Below are positions 18,259 to 26,118 of a stretch of 64,000 nt of DNA, piece after piece. Origin of the DNA: Aggregatilineales bacterium (GTDB lineage Bacteria > Chloroflexota > Anaerolineae > Aggregatilineales > J027); assembly GCA_965215855.1 (NCBI GenBank), contig CBDCER010000002.1, forward strand, positions 324,367 through 388,366, read 5' to 3'. Under the pieces are notes generated by a model. It saw only the letters and a list, made by a program, of their open reading frames with translations. It was not told where the DNA came from and did no database searches. Each line of letters opens with the position of its first letter. Position 1 is the stretch's first letter. The position numbers and the translations under genes were made by a program.

Positions 18259-18984
18259 ATGGGTAATCCTTTCCGCCAGATCAATAAAGCCAGTCGGCAA
18301 GCCAACCGGGCTATAAACGCCCCCCAACGTCAGGCTCGTCGTGTACTCCGTCAGCCAGGCCAGCAAGTGCGGCGGGCAAAAAGTCGAGCACGTCGTTTGC
18401 AACAAGCGCCACGCCGCATGAAAAATCAGGCATTGCGTCCGGTGCGCGGGATGCAACGAGACATGAACTATATGCGGAATCAAGCCGCTGGTGGTCGTGG
18501 CAGAAGTGGGCGTGCATACAAACGTCGTCCAGACCGTATGGCCCCCACTGATTTTGGTGTCAGTGCCATGCTTTATCCATTTGGGTTTTTCCTGACGCCG
18601 ATTGGTGGCATGATCGCCGATTGGGACACCGCCTACATCCGCTATCATCTGGCCCATGCCCGGTTGCTATCGTTGCTGGGCTTCATATTCGTACCGATTG
18701 CGTTTGTGCTGTTGCTTATTTCGCCGCCACTGGCGCTCATCCCGATAGTACCGATGCTGATGCTGTGGGGCTATGCGTGGTATCTGGGTTTCCAGGCCTA
18801 TGGCGGCAGCTATGTGTATATACCGATTCTGTCAGGGATTGCCGAACGCCGGGGCATGATTGACTTCGAGACACTGGAACAAGTGCAAGATGAGCAAATG
18901 CAACAGATGTATCAGCCCGGCTATGGACCATCGCCCGGCCAGGGAATGCCGCCCCCACCCGATTTAGGGCCATCAGATTTCTAG
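18259..18984 (+). CDS. hypothetical membrane protein with Arg/Gln-rich disordered N-terminus
   Basis: 241 aa. The first ~100 aa are extremely R/Q-rich. TM helices follow, then a P/G-rich tail. Confidence 0.5.
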   Translation: MGNPFRQINKASRQANRAINAPQRQARRVLRQPGQQVRRAKSRARRLQQAPRRMKNQALRPVRGMQRDMNYMRNQAAGGRGRSGRAYKRRPDRMAPTDFGVSAMLYPFGFFLTPIGGMIADWDTAYIRYHLAHARLLSLLGFIFVPIAFVLLLISPPLALIPIVPMLMLWGYAWYLGFQAYGGSYVYIPILSGIAERRGMIDFETLEQVQDEQMQQMYQPGYGPSPGQGMPPPPDLGPSDF

Positions 18985-19187
18985 TCCTGACGACGACTCA
19001 GCAATACTTCAGCATATGAGAACACGGCAGCGCCAATCAAACAACAGACTGCTGTGATAACAAATCCATTGAGCATCTCGGCATCCTGGCTCAAAAAGAT
19101 GCCAACGACTGCCCCAGATAGAATACCCAGGTTTAGAACCAACCGTGAGGGCTGTGGCAATGGCCCTCCTTTTTTTTCAAACATCAT
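18981..19187 (-). CDS. small hypothetical membrane protein
   Basis: 68 aa with two hydrophobic helices. It converges on and overlaps the upstream gene by 4 nt. Support is weak. Confidence 0.35.
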   Translation of the reverse strand: MMFEKKGGPLPQPSRLVLNLGILSGAVVGIFLSQDAEMLNGFVITAVCCLIGAAVFSYAEVLLSRRQD

Positions 19188-19322
19188 TGTTTCGCTATCT
19201 CAAATCGCTTAATTTCCTGTATATGATAACTTGCTAATCCAGCGTTGTCAGGCTATTGTCTGGCATGGTAACATCAACAGATCAATATTCTGAATCTTGA
19301 ACCTATTTAGAGCGAGATACGC

Positions 19323-21050
19323 GTGAGTAAACCGCCCAAACGCTGGCTTATTGCCCCAGAGCCACCCCATGACTATGCTAATGAACTGGCCGAGTTGGGG
19401 CCAATCATGGCGAAAGTTCTCTACAACCGGGGGCTGACCACCCCGGAAGCTGCCCGACGCTTTCTGTTTGATGAGTTGCCCCTGCACGACCCATTTCAGA
19501 TGAAAGATATGGGAAAAGCGGTGGCCCGCATCCGCAACGCTATTCGTCGCCAGGAACCGATAGCGATATATGGCGATTTCGATGCCGATGGCGTGACCAG
19601 TACGGCGCTGATGGTGTTGACACTGCGTGCGTTGGGAGCCAGTGTCCACCCCTATATCCCGGATCGTGTGGATGAGGGATATGGGTTGAACACTCCGGCG
19701 CTCGAACGGCTATCGGCGGACGGCATTAAACTCATCATCACGGTGGATTGTGGTATCCGCTCTGTGGAAGAAGTCGAGACCAGTATTGCCAATGGACTAG
19801 ACATCATCATCACCGACCATCATTCAGTGGGCGATGTCATCCCGCCAGCAATCGCCGTGTTGAATCCCAAGCAAGACGATTGTCCTTATCCAGAGGATAT
19901 GTTGGCTGGGGTGGGAATCGCCTTCAAATTGGCCTCGGCTCTGTTACGCGTCGCCACCCAACAGGACACAACACCGCCACCGATCACAGAAGAAGATCTG
20001 CTTGATTTGGTGGCGATTGGCACAGTGGCTGATCTAGCGCCACTCAACCGCCTGGAAAATCGCCAGTTGGTCAAGGTAGGGCTGCATAGGCTATCGAAGG
20101 CCCGCCGCCCCGGCATCTATGCATTGATGGATGTCAGTCGCATCCGGCCCGAACAGGTGACGACGATCAGTATTGGCTATGGCCTGGGGCCACGCATTAA
20201 TGCCGCCGGGCGGCTGGAACACGCCATGACCGCCTACGATTTGCTGATGACCGATAACCTGGGCGAGGCGACTCGTCTTGCCAGAGAATTGCAGGAAATC
20301 AACCTGCGGCGACAGCAATTAACCACCTCGGCTCATGAAAATGCACGGCAACTGGCGATTGCCAACGGCGAGACACCTTCACTCATTTTTGCCGCCGATG
20401 AATCATTTATCGCGGGTATCGTTGGTTTGGTGGCGGGCAAACTGGTGGAAGAGTTCTATCGACCAGCGGTGGTTATTGAGGTCGGCGAGCGTGAATCGCA
20501 TGGATCGTGCCGGAGTATGCCCGAATTCCACATCACGAATGCGCTGGATCAATGTGCCGATCTGTTGGTGCGGCATGGTGGACATGCTCAAGCAGCTGGA
20601 TTCACCATCCTGAACGAAAACTTGCCTGTTTTCAAAGAGCGTCTGCAACAGTTAGCCGAAATCGAACTGGTTCACCACGACTTGCGCCCCACTCTGATGC
20701 TGGATGCTCAACTGGAGATGATCGATCTAACGATGAATCTGGCCGAGACTCTGCAACTGTTGGAGCCAATGGGCACGGACAACCCGGAACCGGTTTTCAG
20801 CACACTGCGGCTGCGGGTGTCGGAGGCACGGGCAGTTGGCAATGACGGCAATCATTTGAAACTGAGATTAGCCGATGGGCCACTAAGTATTGATGGGATT
20901 GCCTTTGGGTTCGGTGAACTGGCGGCGAGCGTCTTGCAAACAGCAAGTGGACGTGGCTTACCATCTCCAGGTCAACGAATGGAAAGGTCATCGGAACCTG
21001 CAAATGAATGTGGTCGATATTCGACTGAGCGACTGATAATCCTGCGATGA
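19323..21050 (+). CDS. recJ: single-stranded-DNA-specific exonuclease RecJ (3' end apparently frameshifted)
   Basis: DHH motifs are present (GDFDADGVTS, IITDHH, GGHAQAAG). After ~20938 the annotated frame gives a non-RecJ tail. The neighbouring frame encodes VDVAYHLQVNEWKGHRNLQMNVVDIRLSD and stops at 21036. Confidence 0.9.
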   Translation: MSKPPKRWLIAPEPPHDYANELAELGPIMAKVLYNRGLTTPEAARRFLFDELPLHDPFQMKDMGKAVARIRNAIRRQEPIAIYGDFDADGVTSTALMVLTLRALGASVHPYIPDRVDEGYGLNTPALERLSADGIKLIITVDCGIRSVEEVETSIANGLDIIITDHHSVGDVIPPAIAVLNPKQDDCPYPEDMLAGVGIAFKLASALLRVATQQDTTPPPITEEDLLDLVAIGTVADLAPLNRLENRQLVKVGLHRLSKARRPGIYALMDVSRIRPEQVTTISIGYGLGPRINAAGRLEHAMTAYDLLMTDNLGEATRLARELQEINLRRQQLTTSAHENARQLAIANGETPSLIFAADESFIAGIVGLVAGKLVEEFYRPAVVIEVGERESHGSCRSMPEFHITNALDQCADLLVRHGGHAQAAGFTILNENLPVFKERLQQLAEIELVHHDLRPTLMLDAQLEMIDLTMNLAETLQLLEPMGTDNPEPVFSTLRLRVSEARAVGNDGNHLKLRLADGPLSIDGIAFGFGELAASVLQTASGRGLPSPGQRMERSSEPANECGRYSTERLIILR

Positions 21051-22501
21051 ACGCACGATACCTGAGATATATCCTGCTGCCATTGGCAATGTTCGCTGCT
21101 GGTGTTGCAGCTTATTCTCCGGCACAACTTGGAGCACAGGAGAATGTCTCTACCGACTCATATTTTGGCATCGTGGATGGACATTGGCGACCCCAAGCGG
21201 CTGATGAGTTAGGAGTCTCGTGGAATCGGATCACCTTTGATTGGGCACGCATTCAGCCCGACGGCCCCGGTGATTTCAATACCGAGGCAGTGCGCCCCGA
21301 ATGGCTTCACTACGATGCACAACACCAACGCCAGGTCGTTGGCCTCATCATCAATACCCCAGCCTGGGCGTCGGCTAGCGGGACGCCAACTGCCGTGCCA
21401 GATGGTTTGTATCTGCCAGTTGATAGCCCGGAAAATCATTGGGCGGTGTTTCTGCGGCAACTGGTCGAGACATACGCCCCGCAAGGCATTCACCACTGGA
21501 TAATTTGGAACTGGCCCGATACCCCACAGACCTTTGAAGGCAGCATCGAAGACTACTACCGGCTGGTCAAGATCGCGCACAGTGTCATCAAACCACTGGA
21601 TGAAGAGGCGGAAATATTTCTGGGTGGATTGGTGTGGTGGTATGACATCGCTACTGAACGTGAGCGTTGGTTGGCGCGTTTCCTGGCAATTGCGCTGGCC
21701 GACCCGACGGCGACTGACAACAATAACTACTTCGATGGCGTTACGTTGAGTATTCTGATACGGCCTACGCCTTTCGGTGGCCTGAATAGCACGACGGACA
21801 GCGTCGGAGACATCACCCGCACCATTCGCCAGCAATTGAATGACGCTGGTCTAGCTGACAAGCACATCTGGATCACTGAACTGAATGCAAGCCCGACGCT
21901 TGATCTGATGGGAGGGCTACCCAATGCGACCAGCGGCATCAGCCTGGAACAACAGGCCGATTTCGTGGTGCAGGGAATGGCAACCGCGCTGGCTGCTGGA
22001 GCAGAGCGCGTGGCAGTTTTCAGACTCTTCGACGCTGATTTTAGCCCAGGCGAGACACCACCTTATGGGCTACTGCGTCATGATAATACGCGCCGCCCGG
22101 CTTTCGATGGGTATGCCTCCGTCATCCAGACATTCTCCGGCACCATCAGTGCAACTGCCGGACGCTCTACCAATAGCCGGTTGGTGGTTCTTAATCAAGC
22201 CGACCGTACTGTCTTCGTCATGTGGTCGGCGGGCACACAGCCAGTTGATTATTGGGTCGAAGCCCGCTTCGATGATACATTTACACTGACTGATCCTTTG
22301 GGGAATACACTTCCCGAACCGCGCTTTAGTGTCGGGCCAGGCGATGCAACAGTGTTGGTCATTGAGACGCCACCCGCCATTCCGGATCGTTCTGGCGCTG
22401 TGTTGGTCAGCGGATCGCCGCGCATCTTCATCCTGAATACCACCGAAGATCGTGATGTCTGGGCCTCATTGGGAGATGCCACTGGCGTCCAGGTTCACTA
22501 A
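21047..22501 (+). CDS. secreted glycoside-hydrolase-like (TIM-barrel, clan GH-A-like) protein
   Basis: 484 aa with a signal peptide (LLPLAMFAAGVAAYSPAQ). HHWIIWNWPD resembles the W-E-I-W-N-E-P acid/base strand but has Trp at the Glu position. KHIWITELN resembles the nucleophile strand. Confidence 0.55.
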   Translation: MNARYLRYILLPLAMFAAGVAAYSPAQLGAQENVSTDSYFGIVDGHWRPQAADELGVSWNRITFDWARIQPDGPGDFNTEAVRPEWLHYDAQHQRQVVGLIINTPAWASASGTPTAVPDGLYLPVDSPENHWAVFLRQLVETYAPQGIHHWIIWNWPDTPQTFEGSIEDYYRLVKIAHSVIKPLDEEAEIFLGGLVWWYDIATERERWLARFLAIALADPTATDNNNYFDGVTLSILIRPTPFGGLNSTTDSVGDITRTIRQQLNDAGLADKHIWITELNASPTLDLMGGLPNATSGISLEQQADFVVQGMATALAAGAERVAVFRLFDADFSPGETPPYGLLRHDNTRRPAFDGYASVIQTFSGTISATAGRSTNSRLVVLNQADRTVFVMWSAGTQPVDYWVEARFDDTFTLTDPLGNTLPEPRFSVGPGDATVLVIETPPAIPDRSGAVLVSGSPRIFILNTTEDRDVWASLGDATGVQVH

Positions 22502-23911
22502 ATGCGGCATCTGCTCACACTAACGATCTTCGTCGGTTTCCTCGCCCTCTATTTGTTCTCGGTTGGCATCCCCTTCTATAGCAGCGATGGGCTAGTGATG
22601 TATGAAACGGCGCGGGCGATTGCGTTTGACGGTCGCTTGGACATACCTCACCATGAGTTGCCGCAGGTTATCGAAGGCCGAGAAGGGCGCTATTACAGCA
22701 AATATGACCCCGGTATGTCGCTGCTGGCGGCCCCAGTGGTGGCTTATGCCGATCAGGTAGCCCAGGGGGCCAGTGCCAATCGCTATGCTGTCGGGGCGAT
22801 ATTCGTGATATTGGTTCCTGCGGCAAGCATGGCACTCGGCGTTGCCTCTACCGCTGTCATCGCCCGTCGTTTCTATACTCCACGCCTGTCACTCCTGATA
22901 GCAATAGTCGCCGGAGCAGGGACGATGGCCTGGCCTTATGGTCGTCTGTTCTTCAGCGAGGCTGTGCTGACTGGTGCATTATGCCTGTCGATTGCGGCGC
23001 TGACCGCCCAGCAGCCGCGTGTAGGGCTGGCCTCGGTGGCACTGGGTATCGGCATTTTGACACGAGCCAGCATGATGATTTATCTGCCAGGGTTGGTCTA
23101 TTTGATCTGGCAGCAGCACTCGCCTCCGGATCGGAGGCGACATTTGGTCTGGCTGATTATTGGCGCGGTGGTGGCGATTGGGGTGCTGCTGTGGCATAAC
23201 TGGCTACGATTTGGAACGCTCTTTAGCACAGGCTATCAGGGTGAAACCTTTGATACATGGCCCTGGGTCGGAATATTTGGTCTGCTGTTCAGCCCTGGCA
23301 AAAGTATTTTCATCTATGCGCCGCCACTGATACTGAGCGTCCTGCTCTGGCGACGGTTTCGGCGCCGGACGCCGATCCTCGCTAACGCCGTGTTGCTCAT
23401 GACCGCTACCGCATTCGTATATTATGGCACTTGGTGGGCCTGGCACGGCGGTTGGGTCTGGGGACCGCGTTTTCTTGTGCCGTTGATGCCGCTGTGGTGT
23501 TTAGCCTGGGGCGAAGTACCATCGCGCATTGGGTGGCGTCTCGCGGCGGCAATGATCCTTTTGGTGGGAATCGGCGTACAGTTGATAGGAACCTTCAGCG
23601 ACATCAACCCAACCTATGCGGAGGCTTTTGCGGGTGCAACAGACCCCGATGACAGGGCGCGTTATGCTATGGTACACTATCACCTCGACAAAACGCCGCT
23701 GGTGATGGCGTTGAAACGTCGTCAATGGGAAGAACAAGCCATCTATAACCTGCAAAGCACCGACCTGACCGAAGCGTGGGTGTATGGTATCCCTCGTGTC
23801 GTGCATTGGATGTTGGCGCTGAGTGCAGGATTTATGGGCTGGATAATAGTAACAGGACGGGAACCGGCATGGCATCTGAACCGAAATTCAACTACGGCGG
23901 ACAGGCAGTAA
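22502..23911 (+). CDS. polytopic membrane protein, GT-C-type glycosyltransferase-like (PMT/ArnT-like)
   Basis: 469 aa with more than 10 hydrophobic segments. The N-terminal loop YSSDGLVMYETARAIA is reminiscent of GT-C Asp/Glu loops. TAAATG junction with the upstream gene. Confidence 0.5.
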   Translation: MRHLLTLTIFVGFLALYLFSVGIPFYSSDGLVMYETARAIAFDGRLDIPHHELPQVIEGREGRYYSKYDPGMSLLAAPVVAYADQVAQGASANRYAVGAIFVILVPAASMALGVASTAVIARRFYTPRLSLLIAIVAGAGTMAWPYGRLFFSEAVLTGALCLSIAALTAQQPRVGLASVALGIGILTRASMMIYLPGLVYLIWQQHSPPDRRRHLVWLIIGAVVAIGVLLWHNWLRFGTLFSTGYQGETFDTWPWVGIFGLLFSPGKSIFIYAPPLILSVLLWRRFRRRTPILANAVLLMTATAFVYYGTWWAWHGGWVWGPRFLVPLMPLWCLAWGEVPSRIGWRLAAAMILLVGIGVQLIGTFSDINPTYAEAFAGATDPDDRARYAMVHYHLDKTPLVMALKRRQWEEQAIYNLQSTDLTEAWVYGIPRVVHWMLALSAGFMGWIIVTGREPAWHLNRNSTTADRQ

Positions 23912-25008
23912 TGGAAGGCGTGATGATGCGCGGCGTACATCTGGCCGCCATCGCCGTCCGTGATCCACAAGGCAACATCGTTATTCACGAAGAATCTCTT
24001 AATGCTGCACTTTATCGAGGACGTATCAGCCGTATTCCCTTCTTGCGAGGGCTGATTGGCCTATGGGATGCACTGGTGTTGGGAACACGCGCCCTGATCT
24101 GGAGCGCCAACATTGCCCTGCAAGAAGAAGAGGAAGAAAAACCTGTCGAAGAACCAATAGAGCAGGCCGAAAAAAGCGGCTGGGTTAGCCGGTTACCTTT
24201 CGTCGGCAAAACAATAAGCCTGATGAACCTGAGCGCCCGTGCCTTACTCGGCGGTGCAAATCTAGTCGCCAGCGATGGCGGCGGCGGCAGCAGCAAAAGC
24301 AATGACAATGCGTTTTCGGATATTGCGGTAGCTGGTGCGGTCATGTTGTCGCTGTCGATGGGCATCGGCTTATTTTTCGTATTGCCCGCCACGGCCTCCA
24401 ATTGGATTCGCGATGCACTGAATATCGAAAGTCGTCTGGCAGTGGATACGATTGAGGGCATCGTCAAATTGTCGATCTTCATCGGCTATATCGCGGCCAT
24501 CGGTCTGATGAACGATGTAAAGCGATTGTTTGGCTATCATGGCGCGGAACACAAGACGATCAATGCTTACGAAGCCGGTAGCGAACTCACGCCAGCCGAG
24601 GTGCAACAACACTCCATCGAGCATCCACGTTGTGGGACCGCATTCCTGCTGAATGTAATCGTCCTCAGTATTCTGGTACATGCTATCACTGGACGTTCAG
24701 ACAACATCTTTTTGCTGGCCTTATCACGGGTGGCGGTCATCCCGATTATTGCGGGAATAGCCTACGAGATGATCCGGTTCACTGCCCGTCATGCCAATCA
24801 TCCTGTCATCAAAGCCATCATCATCCCGAATCTGTTGATGCAACGCCTGACCACACGCCAGCCCGATGACTCGATGGTCGAGGTCGCGGTGGCCGCGCTG
24901 GAGCGTGTATTGATGGCCGAAGCAGCAGTTCGGCGCGGCGAAACAGTCACGCCCCAAGACGAAATTATCATCGCGCGTGTACCGGCTACGGCTGAGGGCA
25001 CCGGTTAG
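23869..25008 (+). CDS. DUF1385 family membrane protein
   Basis: Begins MASEPKFNYGGQAVMEGVMMRG, the DUF1385 hallmark, and contains YHGAEHK and HPRCGT motifs. I prefer the internal ATG at 23869 over 23776. It carries an acidic and Gly-rich insertion (EEEEEKPVEEP ... DGGGGSS). Confidence 0.8.
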   Translation: MASEPKFNYGGQAVMEGVMMRGVHLAAIAVRDPQGNIVIHEESLNAALYRGRISRIPFLRGLIGLWDALVLGTRALIWSANIALQEEEEEKPVEEPIEQAEKSGWVSRLPFVGKTISLMNLSARALLGGANLVASDGGGGSSKSNDNAFSDIAVAGAVMLSLSMGIGLFFVLPATASNWIRDALNIESRLAVDTIEGIVKLSIFIGYIAAIGLMNDVKRLFGYHGAEHKTINAYEAGSELTPAEVQQHSIEHPRCGTAFLLNVIVLSILVHAITGRSDNIFLLALSRVAVIPIIAGIAYEMIRFTARHANHPVIKAIIIPNLLMQRLTTRQPDDSMVEVAVAALERVLMAEAAVRRGETVTPQDEIIIARVPATAEGTG

Positions 25009-25016
25009 GAGTAGAA

Positions 25017-25574
25017 ATGCTGGGAAATAACCTGCTACAAGGCAAGCTGATCTATCTGGATGCGGTGCGACGCGAGGATGTAAAATCGCTCGGTCAATGG
25101 TTCGATGATATGGAGTTTCTGGCACTATTGTTTCCTGGCGTAGCATTTCCACAAACCGAGGAAGACGAGATGGACTGGTATGAACGTCAGCGCAAAGGGA
25201 AGGATTATGTATTTGCTATCCGCACCCGCGAACAGAACAATCTAATTGGTACAACCAGCCTAATGCGTATTGATTGGCGCAGTCGTCATTCCGAATTTGG
25301 TATCGCCATCGGTGATAAAAATTATTGGGGTAAGGGCTTTGGCACAGACGCTACACGCCGCATGTTAGGCTATGCGTTCTTGGAACTAAATTTGAATCGT
25401 GTGGAATTGCAGGTCTATGACTTTAACAAACGCGCCATTAGAAGCTATGAAAAAGTGGGATTTACGCACGAGGGCGCACGTCGTCAAGCTATTTTCCGCG
25501 ATGGTCAATATCACGATATTCATGTTATGTCGATTTTGCGCGACGAGTGGCTGGCAGAGCGAGAGGTGGATTGA
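25017..25574 (+). CDS. GNAT N-acetyltransferase (RimJ/RimL-like)
   Basis: 185 aa with YWGKGFGTDATRRML ... RAIRSYEKVGF. Confidence 0.85.
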   Translation: MLGNNLLQGKLIYLDAVRREDVKSLGQWFDDMEFLALLFPGVAFPQTEEDEMDWYERQRKGKDYVFAIRTREQNNLIGTTSLMRIDWRSRHSEFGIAIGDKNYWGKGFGTDATRRMLGYAFLELNLNRVELQVYDFNKRAIRSYEKVGFTHEGARRQAIFRDGQYHDIHVMSILRDEWLAEREVD

Positions 25575-26116
25575 TGCCCAGCGACGAGTTGCTGCATGGT
25601 GAGCTGGTTGTCTTGGATGCAATTGTCCGTGAGGATTTGCAGCGCATTGCCGACTGGTTCTCGGACGAAGAAACCTTGCGCCTGACATGGCATTCGGCCA
25701 TGATGCCGATCACCGTGGATGATGAAACCGAGCGCTTTGAGCAAGCCCGGAAAAGCAAACGATATGACTTCGCAATCCGGACACTCGATAGCCGCACGCT
25801 TATTGGTGTTTGCCAACTGACGCATTTCGACCACCGCAGCCAATCTGCCATGTTCGGCATCACGGTGGGTGATCAAAATTATTGGGGCAAAGGTTTTGGG
25901 ACAGACGCTACACGTCGCATCCTAGACCATGCGTTTCTGGAATTGAATCTGCATCGCGTCGAGCTGGGCGTGTGGAGCTATAACCAGCGGGCAGTCAAAT
26001 CGTACGAAAAAGTCGGCTTTCGGCACGAAGTTACCCAACGACAAGCAATTGTCCGCGACGGACAGTATCACGACATTCATATTATGGGAATTTTACGGGA
26101 CGAGTGGCTTAAATAA
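25574..26116 (+). CDS. GNAT N-acetyltransferase (tandem paralogue)
   Basis: The ATG at 25574 overlaps the upstream stop (TGATG). The C-terminal half is nearly colinear with the upstream paralogue (YWGKGFGTDATRRIL ... RAVKSYEKVGF ... DGQYHDIHIMGILRDEWL). Confidence 0.85.
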   Translation: MPSDELLHGELVVLDAIVREDLQRIADWFSDEETLRLTWHSAMMPITVDDETERFEQARKSKRYDFAIRTLDSRTLIGVCQLTHFDHRSQSAMFGITVGDQNYWGKGFGTDATRRILDHAFLELNLHRVELGVWSYNQRAVKSYEKVGFRHEVTQRQAIVRDGQYHDIHIMGILRDEWLK

Positions 26117-26118
26117 CA

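Noticed and set aside
21209-21835. 208-aa minus-strand ORF
   Set aside because: It is antisense to the GH-like gene and is Arg-rich with no motifs.
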